64,000 bases of DNA, taken from positions 91,388,001-91,452,000 of the forward strand of contig NC_083228.1 of the NCBI RefSeq assembly GCF_032191835.1, in the 5' to 3' direction. Each line of letters begins with the position of its first letter. Within the stretch, counting starts at the first letter, position 1. The translations under genes were made by a program, and so were the position numbers. This DNA is from Heteronotia binoei (Eukaryota). The notes under the pieces are model-generated. The model did not search any database. It had not been told where the DNA came from and saw only the letters and a list, made by a program, of their open reading frames with translations. This document shows positions 23,736-37,101 of the stretch, piece after piece.

Positions 23736-25100
23736 GTAAGACTGAGTTCTGTAAATTTTAGGATAAGTGCGTAATTGTTTATCAGATCAGATGTTAGGGG
23801 TACTAGGGGCTGGCAGGGTGCTAATCCAGGAAAAGCCTGGTTCTGTGGATGCTCTCAGTTCATACACTGGTCTTTCCTGTAGCAGTTTTACAATGGGCTT
23901 TCTTCATTTTCATTGTATGACACTACATTGCACAAAAGGTAGCCTATAGAGCCAGCAAGGAAGGAGAACAGAACCATTAGGCTTGGCGGGACTCAGGTGG
24001 ACATTTGCAACACCCAGGTCTAGGTCACAAGTGCCAAGTAAAAGATTAGTATTGCTTAGGCTAGTGTTTTTTTAAACTAGAGTCTGGGAATCCGTGGGAG
24101 GCTTTGAGGGTTTTCCTTCTCCAGGCCCATTTTGCTAATATGAAAATAGTTTTCTAGAACTGGACTCTCCAGCTCATGAAGAACAAGCAGAATTGGCTTC
24201 CCTCTCTTTTGAAGGATCAGAGTCTATATAGCTGCTGCTACGCACAGTCACCTCGCTTCTAGATCACCTCAAACACTAGCCAGAAAATGCAATAGTTCAG
24301 CACTAGGCACTGTGTTTGAATGAGTAGCATTAAGAGATGGAGGATAGTTCTAATGCAGCCATATTTATTTCTGGTATAAAATTGAAATGGTTCCCAAGTA
24401 TAAAGGATTTCAGTGTAGTGATAAATGTCACTTTGCATCCAGAGACAATAAATAGCAAATGGTGGTTTTCAGATGAATGCCAGCATTCCCTCACTTTGTT
24501 CTTCTATCATTTGAACTGTCCTCCACAGTCTGGAGAGTTCCCAGGATGTCCTTTCTAGCTTGCCCATTGGCCCCCTTATAAGGCCTGTGTAAAACCAGGT
24601 ACGGGCCCCTTGACAGTCCCTGGACTCTTGTGGGGTGGCTGGGCCTCACTTGAACACAAGGAGCAAAACAGCTGGGGTTGCTTCTCCCTTGCTCACCCCT
24701 TTTGCCCTGGCTATCAGGTCAGGCGTGCTCAGCTATCTTGGGAGTGGTGCTGCCCTGCAGCAATGGAGCTGCCAATGGTACCAGAAACAGCCTGAAGATT
24801 GGCTGTGGTGTTCTGCTTGGCTATCCCTGGGTAAATCCAGGGCTGACTCTCTGTCTGGAGTCCACAACTCCACCCCGGTCTGCGGTCTCAACTTGCTACC
24901 TCCCAGACGCAGACGAGCCTCCTGCTGCCGGTCCGTGAGACAATGAGTGGACCTATACATGTTCCTCCAGCACCGGACTCCTACATGGTGCCCTGGCTCA
25001 AGCACAGGTGCCCTACAATGTCCAGCTGACACCACCATCATCTCAAGTAGAGCAGAAGACATTCCAACAGCCCCTTTCCCTTGTTAAAAAGCTTACTTCC

Positions 25101-26490
25101 AACATAAGAGAAGCCATGTTGGATCAGGCCAAGGCCCTTCCAGTCCAACACTCTGTGTCACACAGTGGCCAAAAAAAAAACAGGCACCATCAGGAGGTCC
25201 ATAAGTAGGGCCAGGACAATAGAAGCCCTCCCACTGTCCCCACCCCACCCCTCCCCAGCACCAAGAAATCAGAGCATCACTGCCTCAGACAGAGAGTTCC
25301 AACAATATTCTCTGGCTAATACCCACTGATAGACTTCTGCTCAATATGTATATCCAGTCCCCTCTTGAAGCTTCTCTATGCTTAGAGCCACCACCACCTC
25401 CTGTGGCAATGAATTCCATGTGTTAATCACCCTTTGGGTGAAAAAGTACTTCCTTTTATCCATTCTAATCTGACTGCTCAGCAATTTCATGGAGTGTCCA
25501 CAAGTTCTCGTTTTGTGAGAAAGGGAGAAAAGCACTTCTTTCTCTACCTTCTCTATCCCATGCATAATTTTATAAACCTCTATCATGTCACCCTTCAGTC
25601 AATGTTTCTCCAAGCTAGAGCCCCAAGCATTTTAAACTTTCTTCATAGAGAAAGTGTTCCAACCCTTGAATTATTCTAGTTGCCCTTTTCTGGACTTTTT
25701 CCAATGTTATATTATCTTTTTTGAGGTGTGGTGACCAGAATTGTACACAGTACTCCAAAGGTGGCCGTACCATCAGTTTGTACAGGGGCATTATGATACT
25801 GGCTGATTTGTTTTCAGTTCCCTTCCTAATAATTCCCAGCGTAGCATTGGTCTTTTCTATTGCAGTCATACACTGTCTCGACATTTTCAATGAGTTATCT
25901 ACCACGACCCCAAGATCTCTCTCTTTGTCAGTCTCTGCCAGTTCACACCCCATCAACTTGTATTTATAGTTAGGATTTTTGGCCCCAATGTGCATTACTT
26001 TGCACTTGGCCACATTGAACCTCATTTGCCACATTGACGCCAACTTGCCCAGCCTCAACAGATCCCTTTGGAGTGCTTCACAATCCTCTCTGGATCTCAC
26101 TACTCTGAATAATTTAATGTCATCCGCAAACTTAGCCACTTCTCTGCTTACTCTTCCCAACTCCAAATCATTAATTAACAAGTTTAAAAGCATCAGACCC
26201 AGTACTGAGCCCTGTGGTACCCCACTGCTTAACTGCTCCACTGCAAAAATTGCCATTTATACTCACTCTCTCCTATTAATTAGCTAGTTTTTGATCCACA
26301 AGAGGACTTGTCCTTTTATTCCATGATTCTTGCTTACTTAGGAGCCTTGTATGAGGAACTTTATAAAAAGCTTTCTGGAAGTCAAGGTAAACAATATCTA
26401 TTGGGTCCCCTTTGTGACACCCCCTCAAAGAACTCTAACAGGTTATTGACAAGATCTTCCCTTACAGAACCCATGCTGAGTCTTCCTCAA
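25101..26490 (-). mobile_element. CR1 LINE, 5'-truncated, with RT core
   Basis: ORF 25615..26256 SGVPQGSVLG...KFADDIKL...WQMRFNVAKCKVMH...LEYCVQFW; the 3' end matches the other CR1 copies. Confidence 0.93.
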
Positions 26491-27084
26491 TAACTTTTGT
26501 TGAGGAAGGGGTTGGAGAACCATTGCATTAAAGAATCACGGGGATTGGTGGAGGGAGGGGGAGAAGGGTGTCAGGACAGAGCTTTAATACTCAACACCTG
26601 CATATACCAAGGAGGAAGAGCCCTCAGCCTGAGACAACAGAGAGAGAGAGAAGGAACCCCGGAACCTGACCCTCTGTCATTGGGAGGGGTCCTGGGTCTG
26701 GATATTTATAAAACAGCATAAATGGTTAGAGTCCTTGTAGAGCATGAAAAGACATCATAATTCTGGAAACCACTTGATCTGCATCAAATTGCAAGACTTA
26801 GGCATTCTCCAAATTGCCTTAAAGTTCTGTTTTCATTCCCTAATGTCACCAGGTTTTTTTTTATTGTGTCCAGACAACTTCATTAACATCCCAGTGCTGT
26901 CCCAGTTTTTCCTCATCACCCCATTCTTTTTAAAATTAATTTTCCCAGCTTTTTAAAAAATTGTGAAATGAATTTGCAAGATAGCCTCTTCCTCAGAATG
27001 CGAATATTTTCCTCTGCCTTGAGGATAGTTGCCCAAAGCCACCCAGAAAGGGTGGGTTTGGATGGCTTAAAAAATTGCATGCCA

Positions 27085-27160
27085 GTGCAGAAACATTTCA
27101 GCACTGGAGGGCGCTTGCACTCAAACAAACAGGGAACCCAGCACTAGCGGCCAATCATTG
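27085..27160 (+). promoter_or_regulatory. Candidate CTCF-like site plus forkhead and CCAAT motifs
   Basis: gcactggagggcgct (27101-27115) has two mismatches to the CCACYAGRKGGCRC core and an upstream TGCAG. aaacaaaca is at about 27123 and ggccaatca at about 27149. Confidence 0.3.
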
Positions 27161-29171
27161 CACTCCATTATCTCATTCAAACTCCAGAGCAAATTATAGC
27201 ACTCTTGAAGGCACCAGAGTACCAGGGTCTTAGTCAGGACTTGGAGAAGTTTATTTTTTAAAAAATGCTCATGAATGAACATTGACCTCCCCCATCTCTC
27301 CTGCATTCACAACTCCCCTCCCCCTCATTAGCAGCCCCCTCCCCTCACAGAACTGTGGCGGCTTATCTGCAGACTTGTACATTCACCTTTTTCCTTTGTT
27401 CTCTCTCTCTCTCTCTTTCTCTCTCATGTGTTAAGTGGCTCCTCTATAGAATACTTGGACGTAAGAATAGGGTCTCCATGAGGCTGCTGCAGGTGGGTAG
27501 GGCAGAAAAACAATCCTAAAGTGTGAATTTGAACAGTTGAGAGACTGATGGGAAAATACTGAAGAAAACATTCCAGTGTGAACTGGTTGCATTGATAGCA
27601 TGATCATTGGAACTACCACAACACTGATGAAAAAAATGAAAAGTGGCTACAGTCTGGAAAATGCCTTAGCCCCTGCTGCTCCCAGTATAGGGCTACATAA
27701 TGAAGACGTAAATGGCCAGAAAGTGCTCCCATACAGTGATAAACATAGAATAGCACAAGATTCTGTGTTTCTGTTGTATCCATACAGTACAACGTACACT
27801 TGTATCCATGTGTGTGCAACTTGGAGGGAGGGATGTTGAGAGCTTCAGAAAACTCTGAAGGCAGCCAAGTTAGCAGGAAGACCTTGCATGGTTATCAGCA
27901 GAAGCAAAATGGATGGGTTGTTCTATTCCAGGCTCACATATGCTGAGAAAATACAGGACTGGATTCTATTCTCAAACTGGAAAAAAAAAATCATGGAAGC
28001 AAACCAAAAGAGAATCACACATTTAACATGTTTTAAAGTAGTGCTTTCTTTTCTCAAAAACATCCTTGTTGTTAAGCACCCAACTAATGTATACTTTTAA
28101 AAACATGATGTTGATAACATCCTAGCTGGCATGGCCATAGTTCTTAGAATTCATTCATGAAGGAAAATTAGGATTCTTTGCTTTTTTGTTTTTATGCAAA
28201 GCACTTCTTGGCTGCAAGAGTTAGTAAAAGTCTAACAATCCATCTAACTGGAATTGTTTTGAACCTTTTCTTCTCTCTTACTATCTGGGTTTCAAAGGAT
28301 GAACAGCTGATGGGGCAAAGGTTCCACCTTGCAGCACTGGGACAAGATGAAATGGCTCTTAGACTTCTTTCAGCACTGTGATACCACACAAACGTCAGGC
28401 CTCACCTCATCATGAGGCTGTGCAAAACAGCCAGTTGAGACATACAAGGTGTCATCGTACTGCTTTCAGTCTCTGTCTGGTCTCCCCCCCACCAAATACA
28501 TGAGCTTTTGTGGCAGAAGAGTGATAATGTGAAAATCTGCACAGGCCCCAGAACAGCTGCCTCTTTTGCTCAAAGAGATTATAAGACTAGGTTTTAATGC
28601 ATTTATTTACATAGAATTTAGAATTCATTTAAACCAAGCAGTTTTTTAAAAGCACTGTAATATAATAATAAAGTCTAGGTTGGCTCCCCTAACTACTGTG
28701 AGTGGAAGGCACAAGTCTTTGCTGCATCCCCCTTCCTGCAGCAGTCCCTTCTGACCTCTGGAAACCAGATTTCAGAGGTTGTGAGCCACACAGGCCTGCT
28801 GGCGGAAGGGACAGGAATTATGATTTCTTCTCCTTCCACCTCTTTGCCTTCAACCCACATGCCTGTTAATTCTAGCCCTTGTGACTCCTGGAATCTACTT
28901 TCTGGAATATCTGCTGTGAAGAACAGGACATAGCAAAGTTCTTTCCACTGGTGGAAGTTAGGTTCCATCCATCTGATTTTAGTTGTCAATCCATCTCCAT
29001 CTCTAGCTGAACTATATTTGGGCAGAACTGATCACCAGTATTCTTAGCCATTGTCATTCTTCTGTCACAACTGCTTGCATATTTGGTGAGACAGAATATT
29101 TTTGAGCACCTAACCTGGATAACTGTGTTTTGAGTATTCATAAGAAATTTTATTTCATTTTAAATTTCTAG

Positions 29172-29346
29172 TGGTACAGAAAACCAGATTACAATTTCTT
29201 TAGCAGCTACAAAGAGTATCGAGACAAGCACCCTGAGCAACCCTTTTACATCCTGAATCCCTATATGCAGTGGCAACTTTGGGATATCATTCAAGAAAAC
29301 TCACCAGAGGATATCCAGCCAAACCCACCCTCTTCAGGAATGCTTG
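29172..29346 (+). CDS. ST6GAL1: ST6GAL1 coding exon 4 (start of sialylmotif S)
   Basis: tttctag|[59 protein letters not shown]|gtatgt; 175 nt, phase 0 to 1. Confidence 0.97.
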
Positions 29347-29656
29347 GTATGTTATTTGCTTTACATTTGTTCTAATGTGGGGTTGGATATAAAAATGATA
29401 TTCCACTAGTGTGAGAGCACTTAGAGCTGCAGAACAGGACTTCCACTGTCATAGGAGGCAAGTGATTTTGCCATTTTCCTCTCCCAGTGCAGACCCCTGC
29501 TGTGCCCCCATGCTGTTTGTTCACACACGGTCATGAGCAGAGCTTAGGACTGCAGGACTGCAGCTTTAGCACTCTGTGCCACAGGGCTCTTTATGTTATA
29601 ACATCAGAGGCAAAATGTACTCAGTATCATTGCTGAGGGGTGAGACTGGGCATGTA

Positions 29657-30623
29657 CAGGGCCAGCTCGCCTGCTAGGCAAACTAGGCAATTGCCTAGGG
29701 CATCAGGAAGGTGGGAGCGCCAAATTGGGCTCTCCACCCTTCCCGCACTCAAGGCAAATGCCTAGTTTACCTGCCGCTACGCCACTGCCACCTCCACCCT
29801 CCTCTGGTATCCTCCTCCTCTGTGGCCATGAGCTCCGCCACCAAACCTCCCCCCCACCACCCCGCGCGCTCTCAAAGACACGCTAGAATCGGCCCTACCC
29901 TCTTAAACATGGCTTGGGCCTCTCAGCGGTGAATGAGGCTTCGCTCAGGAGTGAAGGCAAGGAGGACCAAAGGAGGGAGGGAGGAACGAAGCCTGCACCA
30001 CATTTAAGCAGGTAGGGCTGATTCTAGCGGTGCTACTTTGAAGGGGAGGGGGAGAGAGGAGGAGCGCCGCTAGAATTGGCCCTACCCGCTTAAACATGGC
30101 CGGGCTTCTCAGCGCTGAAAGCCGCATTCAGCGCTGAGAGGCCCAAGCCACATTTAAGCAGGTAAGGCCAATTCTAGCAGCGCTGCTCCTCCCTTCCCCT
30201 TCTACGGCGGCCCCTCCGCTGCCCACCCACCCCCCTCGGCAAGCTAAAAATAACACTGCTAGAATCGGCCCTACCTGCTTAAACACGGCCCAGGCCTCTC
30301 ATTGCTGAACAAGGCTTCGCTCCAGAGGGAAGCCTTGTTCAGCGATGAGAGGCCTAGGTCATGTTTAAGCAGGTCGGGCAGTTTCTAGGCGCTACTTTGA
30401 GCATGCTGAGGGAGGACGGGTGGCGGAACACACCACAGCGGAAGGGAAGGGAGGGGGCGGTAGTGTTTCCCAGGAAAGGGGAGGGAGGGGGGCTTTAAAA
30501 TGCCCGGGAAGTGCGGTGCTCCACTGCCCCTTCCCAGGCATTATAATGGTGGGGAGCAAGTCTGCCCGCAGAGGGGGGGCGATGAGTCTTCCTGGAGCGC
30601 TATGCACCCCAGGGCTGGCCCAG
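29657..30623. mobile_element. hAT non-autonomous element (967 bp) containing three long hairpin units
   Basis: Termini cagggccagc / gctggcccag and perfect 8-bp TSD ggcatgta (29649-29656, 30624-30631). Internal palindromic units lie at 29881-30029, 30069-30178 and 30258-30388. Confidence 0.9.
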
Positions 30624-31482
30624 GGCATGTAGGCCTTTCTAAAATACTGTGGGAAGCAGGGTACTGAATTAGATGGACCTTTGTTCTGATCCAGCCAGGC
30701 TTTTCTGATGTGCCAATGGGGTAGTTCATACAGAGCAGAATTCTGTTCAATAGTAGTAATGGTAACAGTGGTCCCATATTTATAGGATGACTCAGGGCCA
30801 AGGAAACAATGAGACAGAGACTTTGTAGGAGCAAAAAGTGGGAGAGACTAAAAGGTGGGATGGGATGAGAATCTGCCAGATATGTAAACAGGGAGGCAGA
30901 AAGAATGATTTTTGCTCAGGATCACCTTTTTGTGCTCCTGAAATGCCATCAGCTATGTAGCACAAAGGGAGGCTGCAACAAGAAGGGAAATAATTCTTTC
31001 TCTCTTAATTAAAATGCAAACCACATGTTCATGGTGGGCGGGAGAGAAACTTTCCTCTCATCACTGCAGACCACTGCATTCCATAGCATCCCTGGTCTTG
31101 AGGGTCCTCAGCCCTTGCTTAGCGTTTCAGGGGGCAGAGAAAGTTGCTTGGGCTTCCCCTGAAAGCTTTCCTTGTCATCCAAAATGCAACTGAGAGAGGC
31201 TGATGAAAATCACTCACTTTGCTGATGTATGTATTAGGATTCAGTATTAAGATTTTTTTTTTCGTTTTTTTAAAAAAAATACATATTTATTTGAAATCCA
31301 AAATGTCAAGTTTTTAAAATTGATTTGAAGAGTTAATCACCATGCTTACGAAATTGACAGCAACTACATACCTATTTGAAAAGGAAAATCTTGCACTGAA
31401 TAATGTTAATTTGGTTCTATGGTACAAAGCTTCAGCTGAGATGTAATCGTCTTTTTTAACTGGTACTCAGTGTTTAGACAGC

Positions 31483-31789
31483 GGCCCCATGGCGTAGAGT
31501 GGTAAAGCAGCAGTACTACAGTATTGTGGGCTGAACTTTCTTTTCATGACCTGAGTTTGATTCCAGCGGAAGCTGGATTCAGGTAGCCGGCCCAAGGTTG
31601 ACTCAGCCTTCCATCCTTCTGAGGTCAGTAAAATGAGTACCCAGCTTGTTGGGGGGGGAGTGTAAAAGACTGGGGAAGGCAATGGCAAACCACCCCGTAA
31701 AAAGTCTGCTGTGAAAACGTTGTGAAAGCAACGTCACCAGTCAGAAACGACTGGTGCTTGCATAGGGGACCTTTCCTTTCCTTTTTTTC
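31483..31789 (+). mobile_element. Sauria SINE (Squam1-like)
   Basis: tRNA-like head, aggttgactcagccttccatcct core and ggggacctttcctttcc tail, with a perfect 15-bp TSD cagtgtttagacagc (31468-31482, 31790-31804). Confidence 0.92.
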
Positions 31790-33074
31790 CAGTGTTTAGA
31801 CAGCTTTGTTTCCTCATCTAGAACTGTTTTTAGGATACGAAAGGTTGATTTTCTCCAACTGGGATCTTTCTCTCTCTAAACAATTACATCTAAGCAACTT
31901 TGCTTTTAGCTAAGTAACTATAAGAAATCCCATTACAACCCCACAGATGTCATCCTCCGTATCAAATTTGCTATGTCCTTTAGCTCAGTTTGCTCACAAG
32001 ATGGCGCTCTCACACAGCAAGAGACTGTCTCAAAGGCTCACACAAGTTATTCACTAAGGCTTTGCTGTTGCTGGCAAGCATGGTGGGGATATTCACTTTT
32101 GCCTTGTCTTACACAACCAAAATAGGATGAAAAAGAGGCATGTGATCTGTAGTGATGAAGCCACAGACCATAGTTAGGTGGGGGTTGTTTGATCCAGCCA
32201 GCATTTTCATGCAGTCCTAGCCTCATTTTCCGCCTTGCCTCCAGGGCATTTTTTCTGGGGGAACGTGGCGGAATGGAGCTCTGGAACTTCTTCATGGAAA
32301 CAAAATTCTCAAAATAAATAAATAAATAAATAAAAATTCATGGAGCACCCATGTGTTTTTCCTTCATTTCCCTCTTGAGAGTTTCAGCACATCTTTTTCC
32401 AGAAAAAATGCCCTGCTTACAGCAGACCCCATACCACATGCCTTTTGCCTGTGCAGCTTCCACAATTTCCCAGAACAGCCTTTTTGGTGGTCAAAAGAGA
32501 CTGTCTTCTGAAAACTGGTTGGATCAAACCCATAGTTCAGAATACAATTTTGCCTAATTCATACATGTTCTAAATTGGTTTATATTATATAGCAAAGGTT
32601 CTGCTCTTGGACAGAATATAGTTTTCTGTTTCAAGGCATTTTTTCCTCCAACCTTTTCTTCAGATCCACACCTGCTTAAACCTCTGAGTCACACCCTGGG
32701 GGTAGGACTATACTGTTTCACTGATCTGTGCTACTGCAGTAAACATAAATGGAAACAAATATTTATTTTATTGGCTTTACAGCCTGCCTTCCCCTGTATA
32801 GCAGGGCTGAGGGCAGGTAACAACAGCAGTAAAAACAATAAAAACAGTGATTATAATAGTGATTATAAATTAGCTATTAAATCCAATTTCTAGCATATAA
32901 TTAATATCAAAGATATGGCACCTAGAGCACAGTGGATACCTCTTGTCCATGGGACAACTATCCCACATGTATGATAGCAGATGATAAGTTGGTGTTAAAG
33001 ATGAAATAGGTGGCCAAGGAAAGGCAGGGGGAGGCCTGTCCAGATATAACTGTCATTGCCTCAGTCATAGACCT

Positions 33075-33260
33075 GGAAGAACATTTCAGTTTTCAAGGCC
33101 TTACAGAACTGCACCAGATCCTGCAGGGCCTGGATCTCACTTGGGAGGGCATTCCACCAGGCCAAGGCCACAAAGGCCCTGGCTCGAGTTGAGGCTAGAT
33201 GGGCTTTTTCGGACTGGGAATCACCAGGAGATATAAGACAAACTATTTCAAGGCTGTCCT
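33075..33260 (-). mobile_element. L2 ORF2 3' fragment
   Basis: Minus strand reads RARAFVALAWWNALPSEIQALQDLVQFCKALKTEMFFQVY, the L2 ORF2 C-terminus. Confidence 0.75.
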
Positions 33261-34417
33261 TGAGCAATAAATGACTACAGGTAGGTAGGTCCACCAGTGA
33301 CTGCTAGTCATAGTATCCTACAGACAACCTCCTTTTTCAAACATTTGTTACCAGAATTTGGGGATTTCTAGTAGGAGAAGAATAGTACATTCCTATTCTG
33401 TATATTAAAACTCTCTAATGCTTTAGTCTGATAAGTCAGCTGTGGGAGAAAGTGGGACAGTATGGATGCATAGAGAGAAGAGCCTACTGTCTCATAAGGG
33501 CTGCAGCTCTCATGAAAGGTCAGAGGGTTTTAAGGGGTTTGTGCAGAGTGGCTGGGAGGTCTGCTGAGGACCCTCGACTGTCAGCTCCTGGCAATGCAGA
33601 GCAGGAGAAGTAACTGAGTGCTATTAAACCCGCCTCCTTCTGAGCTGAGGCCAGAGCAGAATGAGATAACAGCCATGACCTTAAAGAAAGGTTTGTGCCC
33701 ACCCCCATCCCCCAATAAGCAATGCCTACATCTTGAAGTTTTTGGTGACTAAAAGGTGTCTTTGCAACTTTCAGGGGACTCCAGTTAAGATGGAAGATGA
33801 TTTTACAATCAGATACTCAGCCTCCCCCACAAGTACTGCCATAAATAGAACAAGTATACCTGCAACGTGTTAGTTTCAAGTCCAGTACTGCCTTAGAGAT
33901 CAACAAGATATCGGGAAGTAGAAGCTTTCAAGAGTCAAAGCTTCCTTTGTCAGATATGTCAGTAACACATGCAGGAGCCGCTTTGCAGGTAGTTCACTCA
34001 CTTGACTCTTCTCAATTCCTCTTCTTTAAAGGAAGAAGACTGATAATTCTTCTGATATTTGTTAGAAATGTTAAAAGATGTTTTAACTTCAAAACTTACT
34101 AAGGCCTGCAATTGACACTTTTACACTCTATGGACTCTTCTTCAGTAGCAATCGTAGTACAGAGGTCACAGGTAAAATGAGACAGAGAAGGGCACTGACA
34201 CAAGTGTTGCAAGGGAATAAAAAATGGGAGGTTCTGAAGTGTCCCCATCTATGCATATGTTAGGCATACAGAAAACCTGCCCTCCCATTCACTTGCCCTG
34301 AAGGCTCTTCTGTTTAGGACTAATATCAAAGTCCCAATCATGATAACACCTGGTAATACAATAGAAAATGATCTGTAGCTATAGGAAGGACATTTCATAC
34401 TCCAGTATCCCCTTACA

Positions 34418-34921
34418 GGGAGGGGCTGTGGCTCAGTGGTAGACCATCTGCTTGACATGCAAGAAGTTCCCAAGTTTAATTCCCTGGCATCTCCAGTTGA
34501 AAGGATCCAATAGGAGGTGATGTGAAAAACTGCCTGAAACCATGAAGAGCCACTACCAGTCTGGGTAGACAATACTGACAATTTGATGGATTCAGTATAA
34601 AGCAGTTTCTTGTGTGTTCATGAGTTGAATTCAGTCAGCAACTTTGTCTTCCTTCCTTCCTTCCTTCCTTCCTTCCTTCCTTCCTTCCTTCCTTCCTTCC
34701 TTCCTTCCTGGAGGGTTGTCGTTAGTGGCAGAGCATCTGCTTTGCATACTGACAGTTTAAGGTTCAGTCCTTGGCATGTCCAGATAAAATGACCAAGAAG
34801 GAGGTGATGAGAAAGGTCTCTGCCTGAGACCCTGGAAAGGTATAGCCGGTATGAGCAAACAATATTAACACTGAAGGACTGAGGGTCTGATTCAGTATAA
34901 AGCAGCTTCATGTGCTCATGT
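34418..34921 (+). mobile_element. Two tandem tRNA-derived SINEs (Squam2-like; 34418-34621, 34710-34921) separated by (TTCC)n
   Basis: gggaggggctgtggctcagtggtag head and gattcagtataaagcag tail; the (TTCC)n run is at about 34648-34709. Confidence 0.8.
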
Positions 34922-36127
34922 GTCCACCCACTGGAAATAACATTAAATTTATTATCCATGCCATATCATTTGCTGTCTTGTCTTAACTAAAGGAAGTTTG
35001 GAGGTTTTTTGTTTGTTTGTTTTAAGATTGGAAGGGAGAGAGAAGCAGCTTAGCTCTTTTGGCTCATTCTTAAAACCAAATATGAAGAGGGTCCTGACCT
35101 CCCATGCATTGGACAACCTTTAAGAGAATTCTTGGTTACAGTAAGGGGCTTACCTGCCTACTCTTATACCCTCACTCTCCAAGCACTATCCCTAAAAGAA
35201 GTGTGTAGTATGTACACAGATACATATTATCGGGGGAAAAACATTTTGCTTATTTTGGATGTATTGGCAGGACTTTTGCATTGCATAGAAGTGGAGACCA
35301 GTAGAGGGCAGTAAAGCTTTACTCAGGAAAACAGTATTTAGGAGCTAAACAGTCAATGTTCCTTCACTGTTGTGATCCATGGCACAGTCAAAGTCTCTCT
35401 AATCTTTCTGTGCATGTTCTTTTTGTAACAAAGCAAAACCTCCTGCATCCTTCCATTTCCCAACATACAGAATAAAAGCTACTTCTAGCCAAATGGCTGT
35501 GGCCTTTGGTATTTTTTAAAGTTTTATGCTAGTGATGCAATGCCGTCCTTGCCAGGCAGGTCCACCATCAAGCAAACTTGACAAAGAGTTGCCCTGTTCT
35601 TCTTACATAATAGATACCCGAACTAATCAAGCCCCAAGGTTATCTGGTTCAGTAGGAGCAATGCCAGCTTTTGCTGCCCAAGACCAATTCCCTCCCCCCC
35701 CAAAAAAAATTTGCCCTTCCCTGCCCCAGAAAGAAGGAATCCTTCTTGCCTTCTCACTTCCCCAAGCAGCACACAAGCCACACATGCTAGTGGACTTTCA
35801 ATATTACTTCCTCTTGCAAGACACTGGCCATTCTTTTGGCTGCCTGTGGAATGATGCTAATTAATAGTGTTTCCAGGACAACAAAAATGATGGCCAACCT
35901 CCTTCTTGTGAGCATTTGGGAAGTTTTACAGGACATGTGTGGTGTGCCATGCTGTATTTGAAGTGGACTGAGAGAGCAAGGAAGTTAAAATGCTTTAACT
36001 CCCAAAGGAAGTTGGGGATGAGGTCTGGTTGGCCAGGAGTTTGGCAATGAGTAGACAAGACAGGAGGTAAATGCCATCCCAAAACCATGGCCTGCAGTAT
36101 CTGCCTCAGATGGACTTAAGACTTCAA

Positions 36128-36500
36128 ATTATTTATTTATTTATTTATTTATTACTTTGCATTTATATCCCGCCCTCTCCGCAAGCGGACTCAGGGCGGC
36201 TTACAGTATCATAAAAACAATCAATTCCATAAAACATATAAAACCATAATACATTTATCAGTTTAAAACTATTACGCTATCTCAATCCAGTCTGGCACCA
36301 GCTTCTGTAGGATGTCCGGTGGCAGCCCATTTTCAGCCAACCAGAAAAGCCTGTCTAAACAGTTCGGTCTTACAGGCCCTGCGGAACGCCGACAAATCCC
36401 GCAGGGCCCTTATAGCTTCTGGGAGGGTGTTCCAGAGTTCTGGTGCTGCCACCGAGAAGGCCCTAGATCTTGTTGCGCATAGCCTGGCTTCTTTTGGGCC
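36128..36500 (-). mobile_element. L2 3' end with (ATTT)n tail
   Basis: Minus strand reads TRSRAFSVAAPELWNTLPEAIRALRDLSAFRRACKTELFRQAF, then gagtccgcttgcggagagggcgggatataaat and the tail. Confidence 0.85.
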
Positions 36501-36810
36501 ATCATACTCTGAGCAGTTCAGAATGCAATCTAGATAATTTCCCATTTAGGTACTCACCCAGATCTCAGTCTGCTTTGCTTCAGAACTAAGTTGCATGGAT
36601 CCATAATCATGGTAAATCATTCAGGTTAGAAGGTATAAATGACAAGCATAAGGTTCTCTTTTCATAAATTAAGCCCTGGCTTCTAAGTGATTTGTAGAGA
36701 CCACAGGCATGATTGTTGTGCAGATTGCAAGGAAGCTTCTCAACACTTGCTATTTCAGAAGTATTCCCCACACATAGACACTGATTATCTACATTCTTCC
36801 CTTTTAAAAA

Positions 36811-37101
36811 TGTAAAGTTAGTCCCCTGTGCAAGCACTGAGTCATTACTGACCCATGGGGTGATGTCACATCATGATGTTTTCTTGGCAGACTTTTTTTT
36901 ACCGGGGAGGCGTGCCATTGCCTTTGCCCAGTCATCTACACTTTACCCCCAGCAAGCTGGGTACTCATTTTACTGACGTTGGAAGGATGGAAGGCTGAGT
37001 CAACCTTGAGGTGAACCCAACTTCTGCGGGGATTGAACTCAGGTCGTGAGCAGAGCTTGGAGTGCAGTACTGCAGCTTTACCACTCTGTGTCATGGGGCT
37101 C
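36811..37101 (-). mobile_element. Sauria SINE (Squam1-like), reverse orientation
   Basis: Reverse complement of the 31483-31789 family (gggtactcatttta...ggatggaaggctgagtcaacctt). Confidence 0.88.

Noticed and set aside
24590-25075. CpG-richer stretch with several 80-110 aa ORFs beside the CR1
   Set aside because: No recognisable domain, termini or splice signals; probably a decayed TE fragment I cannot classify.
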